Assembly: GCA_963781585.1 (NCBI GenBank)
Contig: CAWAGQ010000013.1
Coordinates: 448,001-512,000, forward strand
DNA length: 64,000 nucleotides
Origin: an uncultured Gemmatimonadaceae bacterium
Lineage (GTDB): Bacteria > Gemmatimonadota > Gemmatimonadetes > Gemmatimonadales > Gemmatimonadaceae
Direction: 5' to 3'
Shown here: positions 33,878 through 42,577 of the stretch, piece by piece
Layout of the letters: each line of letters begins with the position of its first letter
Numbering within the stretch: the stretch's first letter is position 1
Program-made: the position numbers and the translations under genes
Notes under the pieces: generated by a model
What the model was told of the DNA's origin: nothing
Seen by the model: only the letters and a program-made list of their open reading frames with translations
Databases searched by the model: none

Positions 33878-36156
33878 GCCTGCCGCCTCCGCTCCCACTC
33901 GACGACCGCCTCCCACCGCGGCTTCACCCGGGCAAGCAGCTGCTGGAAGCCGGGCTCCTGGCGCACGTCGTCGAGGAAAGCCCCGTACTCTGCGAGGAAC
34001 GGGTAGTTGATGAACCCGCGTTCCACCGCCTTCCCGACCCAGCGCACAGCATCGTCGCGCCGCCCGATCAGCGCATAGGCTTCGGCGGCAAACATGGAGG
34101 CGAATTCGTTCTGGAGCGCGGCCTCCATCACCGGAGTCGCGAATCGCAGGGCTCCGTCCCGATCACCCATCACCGCGTGCTGCAGGAACGACGCCCCCGA
34201 TCCCAGCGGCGTTCCCGCGAGCAGGGCGCCGGTGCGCCCCAGGATTTCGCCGGCCTCGTCCCGGAGCCCGGCGGCCGCGATCTGCATGCCGGCGATGAAG
34301 GGAACCATCGACGCCGCCGGAGCCATGGCGCACGCGCGGCGCCCGGCATCGACCGCCTCCGGAAAGCGCCCGTTCACCCACTGGTAGGAGCTGACCACGA
34401 GGTGCGTAATCGCGCTCAGGGGGTCGTCCCGGACCAGCCGATCCACAAACCGTCCGTGGTGTTGAAGCCCGGACGTGTTCGAGTACCGACAGAGTTCGGC
34501 GAGGAGGTTCGAATCGCCCGGCCACACTTCCTGTGCGTGGTAGAGGTCGGGTAGCGCGACTTCCGACAGGCCTCGACAGCCGGCTATCAGGCCGCGCACG
34601 AAGATGGCCAGCGCGTACTCCGGGTCGAGCGCGAGGGCACGCCCCACGTAGTCGGTCGCGCGAGGAAGCCCGACCTCCGCCGTCACGAGATTCATGTTGA
34701 CTTCGTTCCAGAACAGCTGCGCCTTGCTCGCGAGCAGCAGCGGCGTATCGCCGACGATCGCCAGCGCACTGTCCACGAGTTGCAGGGCACGGCCCGACGC
34801 CTCCGGCGTCCAGTTGTACATCTCCCGGCGTGAGCGCAGGTAGCAGTCGTACGCCACCGGGTTCTCGATGGGACGCGCGGCAACCTGGCGCTCCTCGCGC
34901 TCGGTCAGCGTCACCTTCAGCGCCGCGACGATCTTCCGCGCGATCTCCTCCTGAATGCCGAAGACGTCGTCCAGCGTGCCGCTGTACTTGTCACTCCAGA
35001 CCGGCTTGTCGGTGCGGGCTTCCACAAGCTCCGCGGTGACGCGTAGCGCGTTGCCGGCGCGCCGCACAGAGCCCGTGACGACGTGGCTCACTCCGAGTTC
35101 CTTCGCGAGCGTGGGAGTGTCCTTCGTCGTGCCCTTCAGCGTCATCGCTGAATTGCGCGAGATGACCCGGAGCGCGGCGACCTTCGAGAGGTCGGCGATC
35201 ACCTCTTCGGTAAGGCCGTCGACGAAATACTCGTTGTCGGAATCCTGGCTGCGGTTCACGAACGGCAGCACGACAATGGCAGCCTGGTCGCCGGTGTGCG
35301 AGGGCGACTCCGCGCGCAGCGCTGTGGCGAAGGCCTCGGCGCTCGGGGGCCGGTCTGCCGGCAGCTTGTTGAGCGCTCGCGCCAGCGCATCCGCCACTGC
35401 TGCGCTCACCGTACGCCGCGCCGTGGTGATGGGTGGAGCGGGGTCGGTGAGATGTCGTGCAATCACTGTGGCCGGATTCGAGGAGACGAACGGCGGGTCG
35501 CCGGCAAGCATCTCATACGTCAGGCACCCGAGCGCATAGACGTCGCTGCGTGCGTCGATCTCACGTTCTCCCAGGGCCTGTTCGGGGCTCATGTACGACG
35601 GGGTGCCCAGGGAGAGGCCGGTCTGTGTGAGCCGGTCGCCACCGGCGGTCGACACTGCCACGGCGATCCCGAAATCGGCCACGAGCGGTACGCCGTCCTG
35701 CAGCAGGATGTTCTCGGGCTTGATGTCGCGATGAATCACCCCGCGCCTGTGCGCGAAGTCGAGTGCGCCGGCGATGACACAGGCGATGTCCAGGGCCTCG
35801 CTCATGGAGAGCTGTCGTTCGCGCCTGAGTTTGTCGCGGAGCGTCTCCCCTTCGATGTAGGGCATGACATAGAACAGCAACCCATCCGCGGTCCCCGAAT
35901 CGAAAAGGGGAAGGATGTGCGGATGCTGCAACGACGCCGTGGTCTTGATCTCCGCCAGGAAGCGCTCGGCGCCCAGCACGGCCGCGAGCTCGGGCTTCAG
36001 GACCTTGAGCGCGACCCTGCGGCCGTGCTTCAGGTCCTCGGCGAGATACACGGTCGCCATGCCGCCCTGCCCCAGCTCGCGCTCGATGCGGTAGCGTTCG
36101 GCGAGGGCCAAGGTCAGGCGGACTGGGGACGCGGACACCGCGCGAACTTGCGACAT
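33874..36156 (-). CDS. Ser/Thr protein kinase with TolB-N-like and TPR domains
   Basis: 'LGQGGMATVY', 'HRDIKPEN', 'DFG', 'GTPSYMSPE', 'IVVLPF.N.S', TPR-like helices. Confidence 0.9.
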   Translation of the reverse strand: MSQVRAVSASPVRLTLALAERYRIERELGQGGMATVYLAEDLKHGRRVALKVLKPELAAVLGAERFLAEIKTTASLQHPHILPLFDSGTADGLLFYVMPYIEGETLRDKLRRERQLSMSEALDIACVIAGALDFAHRRGVIHRDIKPENILLQDGVPLVADFGIAVAVSTAGGDRLTQTGLSLGTPSYMSPEQALGEREIDARSDVYALGCLTYEMLAGDPPFVSSNPATVIARHLTDPAPPITTARRTVSAAVADALARALNKLPADRPPSAEAFATALRAESPSHTGDQAAIVVLPFVNRSQDSDNEYFVDGLTEEVIADLSKVAALRVISRNSAMTLKGTTKDTPTLAKELGVSHVVTGSVRRAGNALRVTAELVEARTDKPVWSDKYSGTLDDVFGIQEEIARKIVAALKVTLTEREERQVAARPIENPVAYDCYLRSRREMYNWTPEASGRALQLVDSALAIVGDTPLLLASKAQLFWNEVNMNLVTAEVGLPRATDYVGRALALDPEYALAIFVRGLIAGCRGLSEVALPDLYHAQEVWPGDSNLLAELCRYSNTSGLQHHGRFVDRLVRDDPLSAITHLVVSSYQWVNGRFPEAVDAGRRACAMAPAASMVPFIAGMQIAAAGLRDEAGEILGRTGALLAGTPLGSGASFLQHAVMGDRDGALRFATPVMEAALQNEFASMFAAEAYALIGRRDDAVRWVGKAVERGFINYPFLAEYGAFLDDVRQEPGFQQLLARVKPRWEAVVEWERRRQA

Positions 36157-36384
36157 GGGTGTTCAGTGCGCCAGCGGTGCGGTCAGGTCGCGCTATCGCG
36201 CCTGATGTTGCGCGATCCCGCAACGTGCCCCTTCATCACGCGCGTCGCAATGGAGTCGGCGGGCGTCCGACATTACTCACGCAGCACACACCCCCCGACC
36301 GCGCCGCGACGGCCGCATGCAGCGACGCGCGGTCCATTAGTATGATGGGGCGCCGCGTGCGCGGCCACGACACCTCACGTATCC

Positions 36385-37500
36385 ATGAAGACTGCGTTCG
36401 GCGCCCGGCCGCGGGGCGCTAGCCTCGAACGGATGATGGCCTCGCCGCGCTGGGTGGACGGCGCGTTTCGCAACGTGCACCCGATGATCCCGAATCTGCG
36501 TGCGCCGGTGCGGATGCCGACCATCACCGAGTTCCTGATGAGCAACGGCCGGCGGGTGCCGCCCGCACCGCTGCCAGTCAGCGATCCCCGCCCGGCATGG
36601 CGTATCCCGAGCGAGTCCGGTCTTCGTGTCACGTGGATCGGGCACTCGACGCTGCTGATCGAGATGGACGGCGTCACGGTGCTCACCGATCCCGTGTGGG
36701 GCTCGCGCGCGTCCCCGTTTCGGGTCGCCGGCCCGAAACGGTTTCAGCCGCCTCCAGTTGCGCTCGAAGAGCTTCCGCCCATCGACCTGATCGTGCTCTC
36801 GCACGACCACTTCGACCATCTCGACTTTCCCACCTTCCGCAAGCTCGCGTCATGGAAGACGCCAGTCGTGACCTCGCTGGGCGTCGGTGCTCACCTGGAG
36901 GCGTGGGGCGTGCACCGCTCGCGAATCACGGAGCTCGACTGGTGGGAGAAGGCGAACGTTCCCGGCGTGGATCTCGAGATCGCCGCCACGCCGGCTCAGC
37001 ACTTCAGCGGCAGGACGATCCACGGTCGCAACTCGACGCTCTGGTCGTCATTTGTACTCCGCGGCGCCACGCACACCGTCTTCTTCGGTGCCGACACGGG
37101 ACTGACGACTCTCTATCGCGACATCGCCGCGCAGTTCGGACCGTTCGACGTGGCGATGCTCGAGGTCGGCGCCTATCACCCGGCGTGGGGCGACATCCAC
37201 CTCGGCCCGGATAACGTGATCAAGGCGCTGGGGATGCTCGGCAACCCGCCGTTCCTGCCCGTGCACTGGGGAACGTTCAACCTCGCGATGCATGCGTGGG
37301 ACTGGCCGGTCGAGCGGCTGATGGAGCTGGCGCCGCCGGCAGGGATCACGATGATGATCCCGAGGCTCGGCGAGGCGATCGAGCCGGCGATGGGAGCGCG
37401 CGTGGATCCCTGGTGGCGCCGCGTGGCGAAACGCCGATCGCCAGACGGGAAGGGCGGGGTCCGCAAAGCGGCCTCACGCGCCAGTTGGCCTCTCGACTGA
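36385..37500 (+). CDS. MBL-fold metallohydrolase (RomA/NAPE-PLD-like)
   Basis: 'WIGHST', 'SHDHFDHLD', 'PAQHFSGR', 'PVHWGTF'. Confidence 0.88.
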   Translation: MKTAFGARPRGASLERMMASPRWVDGAFRNVHPMIPNLRAPVRMPTITEFLMSNGRRVPPAPLPVSDPRPAWRIPSESGLRVTWIGHSTLLIEMDGVTVLTDPVWGSRASPFRVAGPKRFQPPPVALEELPPIDLIVLSHDHFDHLDFPTFRKLASWKTPVVTSLGVGAHLEAWGVHRSRITELDWWEKANVPGVDLEIAATPAQHFSGRTIHGRNSTLWSSFVLRGATHTVFFGADTGLTTLYRDIAAQFGPFDVAMLEVGAYHPAWGDIHLGPDNVIKALGMLGNPPFLPVHWGTFNLAMHAWDWPVERLMELAPPAGITMMIPRLGEAIEPAMGARVDPWWRRVAKRRSPDGKGGVRKAASRASWPLD

Positions 37501-37613
37501 CTCAATCCGGATCACCCTGTCCGGAGTCGTCACCCTCAAACGTTGTCATGGCGACCACCGTCGCGGCACGCTGCCGCCCCGGATGACATCTTACCACGAA
37601 CAGCGAGGTCCCC

Positions 37614-37967
37614 ATGGCCGACTTCATCTACCTCTACCGCAACTCCACCAGCGCCCGCAACGCCGCGATGGGCACGCCCGAGGCTCGTCAGAAGAGCATG
37701 GAGCGCTGGATGGCGTGGCTCCGCGACCTCGAGAACAGGGGCCACGTCCGTTCGGGCGGCCAGCCGCTCGAGCCCGCGGGCAAGATCGTGAAGGGCGGGA
37801 CGCGTGCCATTGTGGATGGCCCGTTCGTCGAGGCGAAGGACGTGATTGGCGGCTACTCGATCATCATCGCCAAGGACGCCGCGGAAGCCGCGGAGCTCGC
37901 GAAGGGCTGCCCCGCGCTCGACGACCCGGAGGGCTCGGTCGAGGTTCGTCCAGTCGCCGCGATGTAG
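37614..37967 (+). CDS. YciI/DGPF-family protein
   Basis: 'DGPFVEAKDVIGGY', 'VEVRP'; directly upstream of an ECF sigma factor. Confidence 0.88.
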   Translation: MADFIYLYRNSTSARNAAMGTPEARQKSMERWMAWLRDLENRGHVRSGGQPLEPAGKIVKGGTRAIVDGPFVEAKDVIGGYSIIIAKDAAEAAELAKGCPALDDPEGSVEVRPVAAM

Positions 37968-37983
37968 CGCACGCGTGAGTGCG

Positions 37984-39252
37984 ATGGAAACGGCGCCCCT
38001 GCACGAACACCTCTTCCGGCACGAGTCGGGCCGGATGATCGCCTCTCTCACGCGACTCTTCGGGGTTCAGAACCTGGCGCTGGCGGAAGACGTGGTGCAG
38101 GACGCCTTCTGCCGCGCCCTCGAAGTCTGGAAGCTGCGCGGCGTGCCGCCGAACCCGTCGGCCTGGCTGATGACCACGGCCAGAAACCGTGCGCTCGACG
38201 TCATTCGCCGCGAGCGCACGGCGCGCACGTTCGCGCCGGAGCTGACGAGGCTCCTCGAAAGCGAGTGGACCGCGGCGGCCGTCGTGGACGAGGCCTTCTC
38301 GAGCGACGTCGTCCTCGGCGAGCAGCTCCGCATGATGTTCTCGTGCTGCGATCCCGGCCTCGCGGAACCCGCACAGATCGCCCTCATCCTGAACGTGCTG
38401 TGCGGGTTCGGTGCGGCGGAAATCGCGGCCGCGTTCCTCACGGGACGCGCGGCGATCGAGAAACGCGTCACGCGGGGCAAGAAGGCGCTCGCCCGGTCCC
38501 CGACGCTGTTCGACCTCTCCGACGCCGATTTCACCGAGCGGCTCTCGGCCGTTCATCGCGCGCTCTACCTGCTGTTCAACGAGGGGTATCACGGCGCCTC
38601 GGCGAAGGACACGGTTCGCGCCGAGTTGTGCGACGAGGCGATGCGGCTCGCGGCGCTGCTGCGTGAACATCCCGCCACCCGGACGCCGTCGACCTGCGCG
38701 CTGTTGGCGCTGATGGCGCTGCACGCCGCGCGACTCCCCGCGCGTCTCGATGAAGCCGGCGAACTGCTGTCGCTCTGGGAGCAGGATCGCGCGACGTGGA
38801 ACCAGGACCTGATTGCCGACGGACGCGCGCTGCTGGAGGAATCCGCGACGGGCGACGAGGTGACAACCTACCACCTCGAAGCGGCGATCGCGGCGGTGCA
38901 TGCCACCGCGCCGTCGCTCGCCGATACCGACTGGGACGCGATCGTCAGATTCTACGACCAGCTGGTGAGAATCGCGCCTTCGGCGGTGGTCGAACTGAAT
39001 CGCGCGATCGCCATCGCGCAGCGGGACGGCCCGGACGCGGGCATCGACGCCATCGCGCGCATCGCCGACCGCGAGCGGCTGGACGCCTACCCGTTTCTGC
39101 CGGCCGCGCTTGGCGAAATGGAACGCCGGCGCGGCAATGCCGCCGAGTCGAGTCGCCACTTCAAGCTGGCGCTGTCACTCGCGCGGAGTGACGCGGAGCG
39201 GCGCTTCCTGGAGCGGCGTTCCACTGGTTGTGTCGAGCACCGTCATCAGTAG
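37984..39252 (+). CDS. ECF sigma factor with C-terminal TPR extension (ECF42-type)
   Basis: 'AEDVVQDAF', 'LRMMFSCC.P', 'LYLLFNEGY', 'EQDR..W', 'LNRAIA'; paired with DGPF protein. Confidence 0.88.
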   Translation: METAPLHEHLFRHESGRMIASLTRLFGVQNLALAEDVVQDAFCRALEVWKLRGVPPNPSAWLMTTARNRALDVIRRERTARTFAPELTRLLESEWTAAAVVDEAFSSDVVLGEQLRMMFSCCDPGLAEPAQIALILNVLCGFGAAEIAAAFLTGRAAIEKRVTRGKKALARSPTLFDLSDADFTERLSAVHRALYLLFNEGYHGASAKDTVRAELCDEAMRLAALLREHPATRTPSTCALLALMALHAARLPARLDEAGELLSLWEQDRATWNQDLIADGRALLEESATGDEVTTYHLEAAIAAVHATAPSLADTDWDAIVRFYDQLVRIAPSAVVELNRAIAIAQRDGPDAGIDAIARIADRERLDAYPFLPAALGEMERRRGNAAESSRHFKLALSLARSDAERRFLERRSTGCVEHRHQ

Positions 39253-39338
39253 CTCGCGCTCGAGGCGTGTATCGGTCGGACAGGGCCGTCGCCAAGCGGG
39301 AGTGATCTGTCATCGGGAGGGTGAGGGCGGTCGTGGCG

Positions 39339-40340
39339 TCACAGCTTCAGCTTCACGAGATCCACACCGGCTTCCTTCAGCATTCGCACCGCGGTGTCGT
39401 TGAGCGGATAGGCCTCGTTGTAGACCACCCGCCGGATTCCGGCATTGATGATCATCTTGCTGCACATCAGGCAGGGCGAGTAGGTGGTGTACAGCGTGGC
39501 GTCCTTGATGGCGATGCCGTGATAGGACGCCTGCACGATGGCGTTCTCCTCCCCGTGTGAGCAGAGGCACTCCTCGAGGTTCCTGCCGCTCTCGCTGAAG
39601 CCGTTGCAGCGCGGGCATCCCCCCTCGTTGCAGTTCTTCACGCCCCGCGGCGTGCCGTTGTAGCCTGTGCTGATGATGCGCCGGTCGGAGACGACCACCG
39701 CCGCCACCTGTCGCTTCATGCAGTTGCTGCGCGCGGCCACCTGTCTGGCGATGTCCATGAAGTACTGGTCCCACGAAGGCCGGGAGAACGACACCCGAAG
39801 TTCCTGCAGCGCGGCCCCCAGCTTGTCGGCGAATTCCTCCAGGGTGCCGCTGTTCTCGATCGTGCGGTTGGCCAACCGTTCCGTTTCCAGGAGCTGCTGG
39901 GCGGCGGCGTTGCTGCTGGCGAACTCGCGTTCCTCCTGGCGGATGAAGTCCTGTAGCGTTTGCGCGTCGCCTGCGCGCTTCCGCGCCATGGATCGTTCGA
40001 ACCGGGCCTCGAGCGGGGCGAAGATGTGGAAGAGCGAGAATGATCCCGCTTTCTTGAGCGCCATGGCTTCCGCTGGATGACGGATGCTGTCCACAGCGTA
40101 GTTCCTGTCGGACTGCATCCGCGCGACGGTCAGTTGCGCCAGTGCCGCCGGACCATGGCGCTCGCGCAGCTCGTTGCCCAAGGCAGTCAGGTTCTCTCGC
40201 GTCTCCGGCAGGCCCCGTTGCCTCGCTTCCTCGCGAATGACGTCCGACAGCGAGAGGGAGGAGAACCCCTTGGTGGCAAGCACCTCGCATGCCGTCGTTT
40301 TGCCGCCGGCGTTCCTGCCCGTGAGTCCGATGATGATCAT
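39339..40340 (-). CDS. P-loop kinase-like domain fused to dCMP deaminase
   Basis: 'IGLTGRNAGGKTT', 'DSIRHP.E'; then 'RPSWDQYFM', 'TGYNGTP', 'HGEENA', 'PCLMC'. Confidence 0.88.
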   Translation of the reverse strand: MIIIGLTGRNAGGKTTACEVLATKGFSSLSLSDVIREEARQRGLPETRENLTALGNELRERHGPAALAQLTVARMQSDRNYAVDSIRHPAEAMALKKAGSFSLFHIFAPLEARFERSMARKRAGDAQTLQDFIRQEEREFASSNAAAQQLLETERLANRTIENSGTLEEFADKLGAALQELRVSFSRPSWDQYFMDIARQVAARSNCMKRQVAAVVVSDRRIISTGYNGTPRGVKNCNEGGCPRCNGFSESGRNLEECLCSHGEENAIVQASYHGIAIKDATLYTTYSPCLMCSKMIINAGIRRVVYNEAYPLNDTAVRMLKEAGVDLVKLKL

Positions 40341-40495
40341 GGTGGCGTTCGGTGTCCCGTCAATGCGTGAAAAGATGCTGTGCACGCATCCTCGCGTAAC
40401 CCCGGCGGACCGCGGGCAATCAGAGAGAAGACGGCTGGCCGCGACAGACTGGTCGTGCGCCGAGATTAACTGTCGGTAGTACTGGCCTTTAGTAT

Positions 40496-40510
40496 CGTAA
40501 GCAGCTTACG
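40496..40510. promoter_or_regulatory. Perfect palindrome CGTAAGC-A-GCTTACG, putative operator
   Basis: 7-bp arms ending 7 nt before GTG 40518, between divergent genes. Confidence 0.55.
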
Positions 40511-40517
40511 TTCATCG

Positions 40518-40919
40518 GTGTCGAGCATTCGAGACTATCTCGCCGAAATCGGTCGACGCGGGGGCATCAGAAGCCGCCGTGTTCTCGAACCCGGGACGGC
40601 GCGCCGCATGGTGCAGATTCGCGAGGCGAGGCGAGCCGCCAGAAACGCGAGCGCTGCGCCGGCGCGCGCCAGTGGCACTCCCGCCGACACCACCAACGCC
40701 GCGCAGGCCGTCCAGGATGCGCTCCTGAAGCGCACATCACCGGCCGACAAGCTGGCGCAGGTGGCACGACTCTCCCGCATGGTGGACCAGCTTGCGATGG
40801 CGGGACTCAAGCAACGACACCCGGCTGAGGACGAGGAGATGATTCAGGATCGCCGGGCAGAACTTCGGCTGGGCCGCAGGCTGGCCACCACGCTGCACCG
40901 CGCGCGACATGACGCCTGA
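40518..40919 (+). CDS. Putative antitoxin (KGG-like N-terminus + MenA1/Rv0078B-like domain)
   Basis: 'YLAEIGRRGG', then 'SPADKLAQVARL....LAMAGLKQRHP'; overlaps the downstream nucleotidyltransferase. Confidence 0.55.
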   Translation: MSSIRDYLAEIGRRGGIRSRRVLEPGTARRMVQIREARRAARNASAAPARASGTPADTTNAAQAVQDALLKRTSPADKLAQVARLSRMVDQLAMAGLKQRHPAEDEEMIQDRRAELRLGRRLATTLHRARHDA

Positions 40920-41478
40920 CGATGTGCAGGATCCCGTGACGATCGCGCTGAATATCGGCGCCCGGTTGGATGCGCTTGGTGTTGCCTGGGTCACGGGAGG
41001 GTCCATCGCGAGCTCGGTGCATGGGGAGCCGCGGGCCACGCAGGACGTGGACATGGTCGTGGCCCTGCGCCCCCGACACGTGAAGCCTTTGGTGGAGGCA
41101 CTCGGGCGCGACTACTACGTCGACGCAGACGAGCTGCGCTCCGCCGTGAAGTCTGCCGCCTCATTCAACGCCATTCACTTCGCCAGTGCCATCAAGGTGG
41201 ACTTCTTCGTCGCCGGAAACGACCCATTCGAGGCGGAGCGGCTGGCGTGCCGCCAGCCGGTGGGGACGCCGGGCGGGGTACTGTACGTGGACACGGCGGA
41301 GCACACACTGCTCAGGAAACTCGAGTGGTATCGTCGCGGCGGTGAGGTGTCGGAACGGCAATGGCGCGATGTGCAGGCCATCGTGCGCCTGCAGGGCGAG
41401 CGGCTCGATCGCCAGCGGCTGCGGAAGTGGGCGCGGCGACTCGGAGTCACCGACCTGCTCGTGCGGATCCTGCAGTAG
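40909..41478 (+). CDS. Nucleotidyltransferase-fold protein (MenT1/DUF6036-like), putative toxin
   Basis: 'GGSIASSVHGEPRATQDVD', 'KVDFF', 'KLEWYR.GG..SERQWRD'. Confidence 0.7.
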   Translation: MTPDDVQDPVTIALNIGARLDALGVAWVTGGSIASSVHGEPRATQDVDMVVALRPRHVKPLVEALGRDYYVDADELRSAVKSAASFNAIHFASAIKVDFFVAGNDPFEAERLACRQPVGTPGGVLYVDTAEHTLLRKLEWYRRGGEVSERQWRDVQAIVRLQGERLDRQRLRKWARRLGVTDLLVRILQ

Positions 41479-41598
41479 ATCGCGAGATGACGCTGCCAGC
41501 CTTGATCGCCCTCTCCACCGACGTCACCTTGAGCTCTTCCGGCAACGAGAACCAGGCGACGCCAGGCACCCGATGAAGGTGACGCAGGAGATCCGACA

Positions 41599-42492
41599 AT
41601 GGAACGGAAGAACGCCCGCGAATACCCACAGGAACTGCTCGACCTGTTCGACCGCTTCGTGCACGGCGACATCGATCGCCGTGGCTTTCTGGATCGCGCA
41701 ACGCGGTTTGCGGTTGGTGGCGTCACCGCGCAAGCGATCCTCGAAAGCCTGTCGCCCAACTTCGCCTGGGCCCGGCAGGTCGACGCGCAGGATCCGCGCA
41801 TCACGACCGAAACCGTCACCGTGCCGTCGCCCCAGGGCAATGGGAGCATCAAGGGCCACTTCGCGCGCCCAAGGACGTCGAACGGGAAACTGCCGGTCAT
41901 CCTCGTGATCCATGAGAACCGGGGACTCAACCCGTACATCGAAGACGTTGCGCGACGGCTCGCCGTGGCGAACTTCATCGCCTATGCTCCCGATGGCCTG
42001 ACGAGCGTAGGCGGCTATCCGGGCGACGAGGACAAGGCGCGTGCGCTCTTTCCGACCGTCGACCGCGAGAAGATGACGGAGGACTTCATCGCCTCGGCGC
42101 GGTGGCTCAAGGCGCGGCCTGACAGCAACGGCCGGTTGGGAGCCGTGGGCTTCTGCTTCGGCGGGGGGATAGTCAACACGCTGGCCGTGCGCATGGGCGC
42201 CGACCTGGCGGCCGGCGTGCCATTCTACGGCGGACAACCCGCCGCGGCCGACGTCGCAAAGATGAAGGCGCCACTCCTCATTCATTACGCGGGGCTCGAC
42301 ACCCGCATCAACGAAGGGTGGCCCGCCTTCGAAGCGGCGCTCAAGGCCAACCGCGTCTCGTACGAAATGCACATGTACGAGGGCGCCAACCACGGCTTCC
42401 ACAACGACACCACCCCGCGCTACGACGAAGCGGCGGCAACGCTCGCCTGGCAGCGCACGCTGGCGTTCTTCAACAAGCACCTGCGCGTGTAA
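41599..42492 (+). CDS. Dienelactone hydrolase family protein (YghX-like)
   Basis: 'IDRRGFL', 'HENRGLNP', 'GFCFGG', 'HGFHNDTTPRYD'. Confidence 0.9.
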   Translation: MERKNAREYPQELLDLFDRFVHGDIDRRGFLDRATRFAVGGVTAQAILESLSPNFAWARQVDAQDPRITTETVTVPSPQGNGSIKGHFARPRTSNGKLPVILVIHENRGLNPYIEDVARRLAVANFIAYAPDGLTSVGGYPGDEDKARALFPTVDREKMTEDFIASARWLKARPDSNGRLGAVGFCFGGGIVNTLAVRMGADLAAGVPFYGGQPAAADVAKMKAPLLIHYAGLDTRINEGWPAFEAALKANRVSYEMHMYEGANHGFHNDTTPRYDEAAATLAWQRTLAFFNKHLRV

Positions 42493-42577
42493 CCGCGGAG
42501 AGGCACGCGTCGTGGGAGACCTGCTCGCGCATTCCGGGGACTCGGGCCAGCTTGCGCAACGGCAACGAGCGAACGGG

